A stretch of DNA of 58,482 nt from Candidatus Collierbacteria bacterium (GTDB taxonomy: Bacteria; Patescibacteriota; Microgenomatia; UBA1400; JACPES01): the NCBI GenBank assembly GCA_016219325.1, contig JACRNH010000007.1, positions 1 through 58,482 of the forward strand. Reading direction: 5' to 3'. This document shows positions 36,593 through 45,800 of this stretch, piece by piece. The position numbers and the translations under genes are program-made. A model generated the notes under the pieces. The model was not told the origin of the DNA. It worked only from the letters and a program-made list of their open reading frames with translations, and searched no databases. Positions within the stretch are counted from its first letter, which is position 1, and every line of letters begins with the position of its first letter.

Positions 36593-36931
36593 TTAATTTT
36601 TAATTATTAAATGGCCAATTTCTTTTTTTAGGTCCTCAACGGTTGCGTCAATCGTCCGGCGGTTGGGGAGAATAACCAAATGAATGCCAAGTGTCTCCGG
36701 TAAAATATTTTGCAGGGCTGCCCGCAGCCGCCGTTTTAATTTATTCCTAACCACCGCCTTATTTGACAATTTTTTTGAAACTATTATTCCTGCTTTCGGC
36801 AATAGGTTTTGAGTTTTGACTTTTGAGTTTTGGGCTATCAATATCCCCATCAACTTCCCCGACGCCATTTTCCCGTCTTTCATTACGTCTTTGAATTCCT
36901 GCCTGGAAAGCCTGAACTTTTTCGGAAGCAT
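36593..36931 (-). CDS. rnpA: RNase P protein component
   Basis: [12 protein letters not shown]...[12 protein letters not shown] (RNR motif). 112 aa. Confidence 0.9.
   Translation of the reverse strand: MLPKKFRLSRQEFKDVMKDGKMASGKLMGILIAQNSKVKTQNLLPKAGIIVSKKLSNKAVVRNKLKRRLRAALQNILPETLGIHLVILPNRRTIDATVEDLKKEIGHLIIKN
36805..36833 (-). repeat. CAAAACTCAAAAGTCAAAACTCAAAAC word repeat, in frame inside rnpA
   Basis: In the sense orientation it encodes [11 protein letters not shown]. Confidence 0.9.
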
Positions 36932-36939
36932 ATAAAATG

Positions 36940-36961
36940 AATAATATCATTTTTTTCTCCT
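36940..36961. repeat. Left copy of the 22-bp target-site duplication AATAATATCATTTTTTTCTCCT
   Basis: Identical to 38492-38513. Abuts the IS terminal inverted repeat. Confidence 0.9.
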
Positions 36962-38491
36962 CCTGAGTTTCCCATTTTTGTAAATTGATTTACACTTGAG
37001 CCTAAATTTGGTTAAAATTAGGTGTGAAACCGCACTACGCTAGTATCCGTCGGGTAAAAACTAAATCTGGAGCTGTTGCTATTCAAGTAGGTCAATATCA
37101 AGGAAAAAGATTTAAACTTCTTAAACATCTTGGTTCGGCTAAAGAATCAACAAGAATCACAGAACTTGTGGAGTTGGCCTCAAAATATATTGAAACAAAT
37201 TCTCCTCAGTTATCTTTAAACTTTAGTCCTCACTCAGAGGAAGTGTTGTTTAAACGAGGTATTCAGGCTCAAAAAAGCAGACTGACAACAGCCTACGACT
37301 ATCTGGAAAAGACATACCAAAAGCTTGGTTTTAATCAATTAAACAGTGAGATACTCAAACATTTTTGTTTAATCAGAGTCTTGGAACCAGCCTCCAAAAT
37401 TAAATCACTATACCTGCTACAAAAATATTTTAGCTTGAACTACAAAAAGACCACAGTATTTAGAAAACTGCACGAATTAATCAGTCTCAAAGAAAAAGTG
37501 GTGGGTTTGGCTATTTCGTATGCCAAAGAAAATCTGGAGTTTGATTTCTCTCTGGTTTTTTATGATGTCACCACTTTGTATTTTGAAACCCATCAAAGTG
37601 ATGATTTTAGGCTGAATGGTTTTTCCAAAGACAACAAGATCAATCAACCACAAATTCTAGTAGGGCTAATGGTTAATCACACTGGCTTCCCAGTTTATTA
37701 CGATATTTTTCCAGGTAATACCTTTGAGGGTCATACTATTATCCCCGTAATTACCAGTATTAAAGCCAAATACAACATTAGCAGATTAACAGTGGTTGCT
37801 GATGCGGGAATGTTATCTGAAGAAAATTTATCAGCTCTGCAAAACAATCAAATTGACTATATTGTGGGTGCCAGAATCAAGAAATTAAAGCTGGATCAGA
37901 TTAAACTGGTTGCTAAGGAATTAAATCAGGTTGACGGCAAAGTAATCAGACGAGACAGTGTCCTTTACGACTATTCCAGCAAAAGAGCCAAAAAGGACAA
38001 ATCTGATAATGACAAACAACTACAAAAAGCTGAATATCTTATTACTCACCCTGCAAAGGCTTTAAAACGCTCTAGTTTTATTGCCTCACCTAAAAACCAG
38101 GACTTATTATTAAATCTGGAAACTATTGAGAAATACCGGCTGCTGGAAGGTGTTAAGGGATACAAAACCAATATCACTGATATTCCAGACCAATTATTGA
38201 TTAACAGATACAAAGACCTCTGGCATGTAGAACAGTCATTTAGAATTGCCAAATCAGACTTGCAGGCCAGACCAATTTATCACAGGAAAAAAGACTCCAT
38301 TGAATATCATTTATTGATGTCTTTATGGCTCTTTGTCTCACTAAAGTCATTGAACAGGAAAAGCAAACTACAATTCAAAAAGTAGTGGATGACCTTAAAG
38401 ACGTTTGGACAGTCACTCTAAAAGACGAGATCTCTGGCAACACCATGGATTTGATTATCAATACAAAACCGCACTAATTGGGAAACTCAGG
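36962..38491 (+). mobile_element. IS1634-family (IS4-superfamily) insertion sequence, 1530 bp
   Basis: 13-bp perfect terminal inverted repeats CCTGAGTTTCCCA (36962-36974 and the reverse complement of 38479-38491), 22-bp flanking direct repeats, and a single DDE transposase gene. Confidence 0.85.
37024..38385 (+). CDS. IS1634-family DDE transposase with a frameshifted C-terminus
   Basis: The N-terminus RRVKTKSGAVAIQVGQYQGKRFKLLKHLGSA is typical of IS1634-type transposases. DDE region: FYDVTTLYFE, VVADAGMLSEEN, LWHVEQSFRIAKSDL. After about 38310 the expected tail (FIDVFMALCLTKVIEQEKQTTIQKVVDDLKDVW...NTKPH, stop at 38477) is in another frame. Confidence 0.8.
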   Translation: MKPHYASIRRVKTKSGAVAIQVGQYQGKRFKLLKHLGSAKESTRITELVELASKYIETNSPQLSLNFSPHSEEVLFKRGIQAQKSRLTTAYDYLEKTYQKLGFNQLNSEILKHFCLIRVLEPASKIKSLYLLQKYFSLNYKKTTVFRKLHELISLKEKVVGLAISYAKENLEFDFSLVFYDVTTLYFETHQSDDFRLNGFSKDNKINQPQILVGLMVNHTGFPVYYDIFPGNTFEGHTIIPVITSIKAKYNISRLTVVADAGMLSEENLSALQNNQIDYIVGARIKKLKLDQIKLVAKELNQVDGKVIRRDSVLYDYSSKRAKKDKSDNDKQLQKAEYLITHPAKALKRSSFIASPKNQDLLLNLETIEKYRLLEGVKGYKTNITDIPDQLLINRYKDLWHVEQSFRIAKSDLQARPIYHRKKDSIEYHLLMSLWLFVSLKSLNRKSKLQFKK

Positions 38492-38513
38492 AATAATATC
38501 ATTTTTTTCTCCT
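38492..38513. repeat. Right copy of the 22-bp target-site duplication
   Basis: Identical to 36940-36961. Confidence 0.9.
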
Positions 38514-38517
38514 TGAT

Positions 38518-39684
38518 TTGACAACAAAAACCGGAGTGCTAGAATCGGTTATCAATACTATGATAGACACAGAAAATGAATTTTCATTTAATCCTGCAGG
38601 ACTTCTCCATTCAGAAGGAGTAGAAGGACTTAGCGCTTTTACCAACGAATTAATTAAGAAAGCTTTGGGGACAGATTCCAAAGCTGTTACCTTGGACACA
38701 AGGGAATTAGCAAAAATTGCTGTCGATTCTAAATTAAATCCAAAAGAGCTCGGTCGGGCCAATCTTTCCGCAATAGGCGCTATTTTTGCCGATATTGGGA
38801 TTTGGTCGCTTCAATGCGAAGACCGAACGGCAACTAGCTTTGTACCCGGATCGCATCAAAGGCAAATCGGCTACGTTGATAGATTGGTTAAAAATGTTTT
38901 AATCGGACCAGTTAAGGATCCATTTCAACTTAAATATGATTGGGAACTAAAATCTATCGTCAAGCCGGATCAAACATATGCACTTCGGGTAAATCTGGAG
39001 GACGACCTCTATGCTGACGGGAACGGGCTTATTGGTGGTGGGGACGGAAATATTCCCACCGGCAGTTTCCGACTTTTTCAATACCATGAAAAGGACAAAT
39101 CCGGCAAGCCGATTCTTTCTCTTGATATCCATAAAGACGAAGCTGAGAAACAAAAAAATGAGCCTGGAGTAGATTTTGTGCAATATAAAGGAGCGCCGGC
39201 ATTTTCAGCACGAGGACGACCCCTTGTCCCCCGAAAGGCCACTCTTAGAATTGACAAAGACTCTCAAGTCTTTCTTGGTCTAAATATTCCTTCAAGCAGG
39301 GGCAGTGGGGCAGTTGACCATACTTTCGATTTAGCAATCGACCCTCTTGTCCCAAGAGTTTATGGGGTAGATCATTTGGTGGGCGACGAAACTGGGTTTA
39401 TGCCTATGGTTGGATATTCTGTCCGAGACGCAAAAAATAAGCCTGTTAAAGAAAGCTACGGAACTCAGCTTGTTGGAGTAAAAAAGATATCTGGTTCAAC
39501 CGGATGTCAAGGATTTCAAGCTATTCACTGGGATAACCGAAAGCAACGCTCTGCGGTCGTCAGCTTTCCCAGATTACCCTCGCATCTTCTTTTGGCCACC
39601 GAAGACAAATTAGAGGAAGCAATAGACGGACTCAAAAATTACGCCTGGCTTCTGGAAATACTGTTCTCCGTAGAAACCGGATAG
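38518..39684 (+). CDS. Hypothetical protein (ORFan) between rnpA and rpmH
   Basis: Uninterrupted 388-codon ORF (TTG at 38518; first ATG at 38560) with no motif I recognise. Confidence 0.5.
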   Translation: MTTKTGVLESVINTMIDTENEFSFNPAGLLHSEGVEGLSAFTNELIKKALGTDSKAVTLDTRELAKIAVDSKLNPKELGRANLSAIGAIFADIGIWSLQCEDRTATSFVPGSHQRQIGYVDRLVKNVLIGPVKDPFQLKYDWELKSIVKPDQTYALRVNLEDDLYADGNGLIGGGDGNIPTGSFRLFQYHEKDKSGKPILSLDIHKDEAEKQKNEPGVDFVQYKGAPAFSARGRPLVPRKATLRIDKDSQVFLGLNIPSSRGSGAVDHTFDLAIDPLVPRVYGVDHLVGDETGFMPMVGYSVRDAKNKPVKESYGTQLVGVKKISGSTGCQGFQAIHWDNRKQRSAVVSFPRLPSHLLLATEDKLEEAIDGLKNYAWLLEILFSVETG

Positions 39685-39687
39685 TCT

Positions 39688-39852
39688 TTATCTGCCTTTT
39701 CTGCTGGTTTTTACCGCCATTTTAATCCGGCCTTTACGGCGGCGATCGCGTAAAATATTCCGCCCGCTTTTAGTCGCGGTTCTTTTTCTGAATCCATGAA
39801 CCCTGGCCCGGTGGATTTTTGAAGGCTGATATGTCCTTTTAGTTTTTGCCAT
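39688..39852 (-). CDS. rpmH: 50S ribosomal protein L34
   Basis: Not in the ORF track (54 aa). My translation is [54 protein letters not shown], which matches the L34 signature KRTYQPS...HGFR.R..T..GR. Confidence 0.9.
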   Translation of the reverse strand: MAKTKRTYQPSKIHRARVHGFRKRTATKSGRNILRDRRRKGRIKMAVKTSRKGR

Positions 39853-39923
39853 AATCTAAATAATATTGTACTTTATCTTAACCTACTTAACAAGGGCTTC
39901 GTCTTTTTTTCTTCTTGACTTAA

Positions 39924-39932
39924 TGTGGAAAA
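39924..39932 (-). promoter_or_regulatory. DnaA box (TTTTCCACA, 1 mismatch) in the rpmH/dnaA divergent promoter region
   Basis: The plus strand reads TGTGGAAAA. Confidence 0.5.
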
Positions 39933-39953
39933 CTTTATAGATTGACGGCAGAT

Positions 39954-41342
39954 ATGAATACGGACGAGCTGTGGAAAACTGTTCAAGGAGACTTACAAGT
40001 GGAGCTGTCTGCCGGAAAATTTAGTTCCTTCATCTCTCAAACCAAATTGGCGAAAGTTGAAGAGAACGAAAACCGGGTTTTAGCCAGTCTGGCCGCAACC
40101 TCAAATTTTCATCGCAAGTGGATCGTGGACCATTGCGAAAAACAAATCAAAGACGCTTTTGAAAGGGCAACCCGCAAACATTGCGAATTACAATTTATTT
40201 TAACTACGCCCGATTCCAAGCCTTCCCTGCCATTGTCTTCGTATGGGCCTCTTTTTTCAGCAGAAGAAGACTCAAAAGTCTCATACCGCCGCAGCGCCGC
40301 CGCAGCTCATTTAAGACCCGATTTTACTTTTGAGCAATTTGCCGTTAGTTCCACCAACGAAATGGCCTATGCCGCCGCCCAGGCAGTCAGCCGGAATCCG
40401 GGCCAGGCCTATCATTTATTATTTCTGTTCGGCGGAGTGGGGGTGGGAAAGACTCACTTAATGCAGGGAATCGGCCACCGGATTCTGGAAGCCGACCCTC
40501 AAACAAAAGTTATGTATCGCAGCTCCGAGGAATTTACCAATGAAATCGTGGAAGCAATCCAATACAAAACCACCGCCGAATTCCGTAAAAGATACCGCTC
40601 GGTTAAAGCCCTGATGCTTGACGATATTCAGTTTATCGGCGGAAAAGACAAGGTTCAGGAAGAATTTTTCCATACTTTTAACGCCATTCATCAGGAAGGC
40701 GGCCAAATCGTGCTAACCAGCGACAAATTTCCCAGCGAAATTTTAGGGCTGGAAGCCAGATTAAAAAGCCGGTTTGAAGGCGGGCTGACTATTGATATTC
40801 AACAACCAAGCTTTGAATTAAGGGCTGCGATTGTATTAATTAAGGCTAAAGCGTGGGGAATAGATGTCCCAATGGATGCCGCCCAACTGATTGCAGGGAA
40901 TATCGAGAGCACCAGATTCCTGGAAGGAGTTCTAAAAAGGCTGCTGGCAGAAACCCAAATCCATGGAAACACTATCACTCTTGAGGTTGCCGAAAAAGTG
41001 GTTAAATCCTTCAAGACCAATATGCTCGAGGGGAACAACCAAATTCAAGCGTTAACCAAGGCCTCTCCCAATAGCGTAATTTCCGCCGTCTGCGAAGTGT
41101 TTGGGATTAAACCCGCCGAGATCAAAGGGGAAAGAAGACAAAAAGACTTGATTATTCCCCGTCATTTAGCTATGTATATCCTGAAAACCGAAGCCCAGCT
41201 GCCGCTGGTTTCTATCGGGCGGATTTTTGGAGGCAGAGACCATTCCACCGTAATTCACGCTACCGACAAAATAACCGCAGAATTAGCTTCAAACGCGCAC
41301 TTAAGAGGGGCCTTGGACGAAGTCAGAAAAAGAATGGTTTAA
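39954..41342 (+). CDS. dnaA: Chromosomal replication initiator DnaA
   Basis: FLFGGVGVGKTHLMQ (Walker A), LMLDDIQF (Walker B), and C-terminal domain IV GGRDHSTVIHA. Start trimmed to the ATG at 39954. Confidence 0.95.
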   Translation: MNTDELWKTVQGDLQVELSAGKFSSFISQTKLAKVEENENRVLASLAATSNFHRKWIVDHCEKQIKDAFERATRKHCELQFILTTPDSKPSLPLSSYGPLFSAEEDSKVSYRRSAAAAHLRPDFTFEQFAVSSTNEMAYAAAQAVSRNPGQAYHLLFLFGGVGVGKTHLMQGIGHRILEADPQTKVMYRSSEEFTNEIVEAIQYKTTAEFRKRYRSVKALMLDDIQFIGGKDKVQEEFFHTFNAIHQEGGQIVLTSDKFPSEILGLEARLKSRFEGGLTIDIQQPSFELRAAIVLIKAKAWGIDVPMDAAQLIAGNIESTRFLEGVLKRLLAETQIHGNTITLEVAEKVVKSFKTNMLEGNNQIQALTKASPNSVISAVCEVFGIKPAEIKGERRQKDLIIPRHLAMYILKTEAQLPLVSIGRIFGGRDHSTVIHATDKITAELASNAHLRGALDEVRKRMV

Positions 41343-41648
41343 GTTATCCACAACTCGTGGAAAACTATGTGGATAACCGGTGAATTAGTCGCGGAAAACT
41401 AGGAGAATATGTTGAAAAGAATCAGGATGTTTAAGAAGTTAACAATTTGTCCACTTATTTATAAACAAGTGTTGATAATCAAAAAGAGCAATATAAAGAG
41501 TATTTTTGAGGGTTCTCGACAAATCCGCATTCCTATATACTAGGACTAATTAATATAAGAAAAACGAAATAGAAAATAATGAGTAAAGAGTAATGAGTAA
41601 TGAAATGAAAATCATTACTTTCTACTTTCTACTCATTACTCATTAATA
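41343..41648. promoter_or_regulatory. Candidate oriC (DnaA-box cluster plus AT-rich stretch) between dnaA and dnaN
   Basis: Perfect TTATCCACA at 41344-41352 and its inverted copy TGTGGATAA at 41368-41376. Near-boxes at 41356-41364, 41447-41455 and 41470-41478. AT-rich run at 41521-41580. Confidence 0.65.
41577..41645. repeat. Imperfect hairpin built from GAGTAATGA / GTAGAAAGTA words, upstream of dnaN
   Basis: Left arm GAGTAAAGAGTAATGAGTAATGA, right arm TCATTACTTTCTACTTTCTACTCATTACTCATTA. Confidence 0.8.
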
Positions 41649-42731
41649 ATGAAAATATCGATTTTGCAGGAAAATCTATCTAAGGCGGCTTTATCAATTT
41701 CTAAAATTGTTTCATCAAAGCCGCAACTCCCAATTTTATCAAATATCCTAATAAAAGCAGAGAAAGGGAAAATTGTATTTTTGGCTACAGACCTGTCAAT
41801 TTCAATGGGCCTAACTGTTGGGGGCAAAATTGAAGAAGACGGAGAGGTCTCTGTCCCGGCCAAAGAATTTACGGCCCTGATTTCCCAATTGCCGGCAGGG
41901 AAAATTGATTTGTTTTCAGAGAAGGACTCCTTGTCGATTAAATCCGGCTCATTTAAGGCCCGGTTGGTCGGATTATCCGGCGGAGAGTTTCCCAGGGTTG
42001 ATCCGCCGTCAGGCAAAGGCCTTGAAATAAAAGCCGGAGACCTGTCTTTATTATTAAGGAGGACTCTATTCGTAACAGCCAAAGACGATTCCCGGCCGAT
42101 ATTGACCGGAATTAAATTAACCGGGCCGGAGAAGGGGGAAGTAAAAGCCATGGCGACAGACGGTTACAGGCTTAGTGTTGTAACTGTCCCCGCGGGCGGA
42201 TCCATTGACGCGGCGGCCGTTATCCCGGCAAAATTTTTGTCCGAAGCCGATAAATTTTCCGGGGATGCCGGGATTGGATTAAGTATTAACAAATCAGGCG
42301 AAGCCGGGGTCGCCGGAGAAGACGGTTGGCTTTCGGGGAGGACTCTGGCAGGAGAATTCCCCCCGGCCGAGAAAATAATCCCTGAGGAGTTTGAGTTGGA
42401 AATTTCCGTAAACCGCTCCGATCTGGAGAGGGCGGTTAAAATTGCGGTAATTTTTGCCCGGAGCGCTGCCAATATAATTAAATGGGAAATTAAGTCAGGG
42501 AAATTAAAAGTTTCGGCCAACTCTCCGCAAGTCGGAGAAAACGAGACTGTCCTGGATGTTGAAGGCAAGGGAGAGGGGGAGATCGCTTTCAACGGCCGCT
42601 ATCTTTTGGACTACCTGGGATCGACGGACGAAGAGAGCGTAAATTTCGACATGATAAATTCCTTAAAGCCCGGAGTCTTTAAGGCAAAAAATTATCTCCA
42701 TGTGATTATGCCGGTGAGGGTGCAAAAATAA
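41649..42731 (+). CDS. dnaN: DNA polymerase III beta sliding clamp
   Basis: Position after dnaA, 360 aa, three-domain clamp pattern (ATDGYRLS...). Confidence 0.92.
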   Translation: MKISILQENLSKAALSISKIVSSKPQLPILSNILIKAEKGKIVFLATDLSISMGLTVGGKIEEDGEVSVPAKEFTALISQLPAGKIDLFSEKDSLSIKSGSFKARLVGLSGGEFPRVDPPSGKGLEIKAGDLSLLLRRTLFVTAKDDSRPILTGIKLTGPEKGEVKAMATDGYRLSVVTVPAGGSIDAAAVIPAKFLSEADKFSGDAGIGLSINKSGEAGVAGEDGWLSGRTLAGEFPPAEKIIPEEFELEISVNRSDLERAVKIAVIFARSAANIIKWEIKSGKLKVSANSPQVGENETVLDVEGKGEGEIAFNGRYLLDYLGSTDEESVNFDMINSLKPGVFKAKNYLHVIMPVRVQK

Positions 42732-42732
42732 C

Positions 42733-42808
42733 GAGTAATGAATAGAAAGCAATGAGCAATGACTAACGTGTCCATTATTTTCTACTTTCTACTTTCTACT
42801 CATTATTT
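42733..42808. repeat. Imperfect hairpin of the same word family between the convergent dnaN and virB4-like genes
   Basis: GAGTAATGAATAGAAAGCAATGAGCAATGA ... CCATTATTTTCTACTTTCTACTTTCTACTCATTATT. Confidence 0.8.
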
Positions 42809-45800
42809 ATTTTTGGCTTCGTCTCAAAGATCGAAGTAAACTCGATTGACGGTTGGACGGCCGCCCCCGGAACCAGCGGCTTTTCATTGTTCTCTGTCTC
42901 TTGTTTCTTGTTTTCTGCTTTCTGCTCTCTACTTTCTACTTTCTGCGCCTTATTCACATCCACCTCAATCTCATTCAGGGCCAAGGGCTCGGACTCAACA
43001 GACTTTTGTGGTTTCCAATAATTGCTTTCCGGAGAAATCTTTTGTTCTCCAGTATCCATTCCGGCCTTAATGTCTAAGATCTCCTGTGGTTTGCTGGTAA
43101 TTAATTTATGCTCTTCTGGGCTGGCAATAACTTTGATGGCCACGTGATTTTGGCCGGCAAAGAAAAGCCCTTCTCCGATTTCTGATGCCATTAGCAATTG
43201 CTTTTCGCCGGCGGACAAATAAAAGGCTTCCTGTAGAGAATCGACGGCAGCAGCTGATTGTTTCATTAGGATTTGGATGCTGGAGTTGGTAACAATAGCT
43301 TTCCCATAATCAGAATGGAGGAAATCTTCAACGTCTTGAGTAATTGTTGTTAGCCCTAAATAATATTTCCGGGCCCGTTTGGCCATTGAGTATAGAAACA
43401 GGGCAGAGTCCTGATTTTTCATTAAATACCAGGCTTCGTCAACGATTAGCAGCCGGCGCTTTAATTGAGATTTAACTTTGGTCCAGATGAAGTCCAGAAT
43501 CATAAACATGGCTACGGGTCTAAGCTCATCTTCCAGATTTTTAATTCCGAAAACGATAAAATCAGCAGTCAGATTGACGTTGGTTTTTTGGTCTACCAAT
43601 CCGCGGAAACTGCCTTTGACAAATTTTTCCAGCCGGGCCGCCAGATTCGCGGCCTCCGGCGTTTCCATTCCGGCTAGGGCTTTATACAGATCTTCTAAAA
43701 GCGGAGGTTCGTTATTAAAAGTCTCCGGATTCGGGCTGATGCCATTGGCCTTATAAGCTGCGATTAAAGCCCTGTCTAAAATCGCTTCTTGGCTGGCGTC
43801 CATTGTCCCGAGCATTATTTTCATTAAAGCGTGGAGAGACAGCAGTTTTTGAGATAATTCGTTTTCGGAAGCGACGCCGGAAGATCCTCGAGCATAAGAG
43901 GGGAGGTCAAAAGGATTGATTTTAGCGGTTGAGGCAAAACTGAAATCAATATATTGGCCATTGACGGCATCTGACATCCGGTGATATTCGTCTTCCGGAT
44001 CAATCACGATAACTTCGGTGTCAAACATTAGAGAACGTAGAGCCTCAAGTTTGACGAAATAAGAATTATGGACAAACATTCCGCCATGACCGGCCAAGAA
44101 AACTCCATTGTCAACCTGTAGGTCGTAGACATATTTTTCATGGTGTTTTATTTTCTCAACAGAAACGATTGGATCCCAGAATAGGTTGGAATTAGCGAGT
44201 AGTTTTAATTGACTCAATTTTTCTTTGGCATGACGGATTTTCAGCTGGGTAGAACGATATTTTTGAGAGATATATCTGGCCGCTTTAAACAATGTCTGAT
44301 ATTTTGGATTTTTCGATTTTTCTAAAACGACAGCGTTCCATAATGATTTATCGTATTGTCGCATGGATTGGCCTTGTTGCTTGAAGGCCTCGTAAAGAAC
44401 GGAAGACAATAGCGACGCGGTTAGCGTTTTCCCTGAAACCGTTTGGTAGACAAAGAGGGCGTTTTGAGTCAATGGCGGATGTAAAAATCGTTTAATATTG
44501 CGCCAGGAGTCGCCGAGTTTTTCCCAAAGTAGGCGGTTAAATTGTTTGCTTTTTGATCCCAAACGGACAAGTCGGGAAACAGAGGGTAGTTCTCTTAATA
44601 GTTTTATGTATGGCGCGAGAGAGCGAAGCTGGTTGAGGCGAATCTCGCACAAAGAAATGGCATGTAAAAGTTGCTTTCTAGACGGATTATAGTTTCCATT
44701 TTTGATGTCAATAATGACTTGAGGAGTTTTGATTTCGGAAGTGGGATAGATAGATTTGGATAAATGTTTAAAAATTGGCTGCAGGCCGGGGACAGTATCG
44801 ACGTTAGTGTTACCGTTCCCGGTCCTCTGGAGTAAGAAAGCAAGTTTTTGGTTTTTGGTTTTAGTCAGGAAGCCGATTTTATCGGCAAATTTTTGAATTT
44901 GATCTTTTCCGGAAATGGTTATCTGAAAATAGGTGTTTTTGGTTTGTTTTTTGGTGTTGATGGCCGCTTTTCTCTTGGAATGGATTCTGGCGATAATTCC
45001 AAATCTTAACAAGATATAGGCCATATCAGAGGCAAGGTCTTTAGATTTAGTAGTGGCGGCGACTTCATGATTTTCAACTCCGCCGTCGCCCTCATAATAC
45101 GCGCGGAGATATTGGGCGATTTGATCGTTAGAGAGTGAAAAAATTCTTGGAGGAATTCGTTTTTCGCCGGATTTACCGCCGGCGCCATCGGCAATTACTT
45201 TTGTCGCGAAATCCTTCCCAGAAGAAATGCCGATCCGTTTTCCTCCAGAGCGGAGAAGATAATGTTTAATTTTAAGCGCGTTAAAAGAGTCTTTTATAAT
45301 CGAGAGAACAGCCGGATCTGTATTGAAAATTCGGACGAATTTTTGATAAATAAGCCCTTCGCTGGTAATTAACCCAAGTAAAGTTAGATACTCTTGAGAA
45401 AGAGAAAAATTGGATGCAGGCTTAGGAATAAAACGAGGGAGGGGAACGCATTCGCCAGCGGCGACAGCTTCGGCTCGTATGGTGCGGATTTTCCCGTTTC
45501 TCATAATAATCATTTGGTGATCCGGAGTTACGGTAATTTCGCGGCCGCTTTTCGTGCTGATTTTGTAAATTTTCCGGCGTTTATTGAAAGTTTTTCTAGC
45601 TGCTATCTCAACGTTTGCCCAGATCGGTTTTTGATTTTGATCGTAGGTGAGGACTTGAAGTTTAGGGTTGACGACTCCATCAGACTCGTTGCTAAATGTT
45701 ACGACTTTTTTTTGAGACATCAGATTATTGATAAGCTGCCCGATTTCGCAGATTTTGACCTCACCAGTATTGTGTCTAACGATAACTTTTGACTGATACA

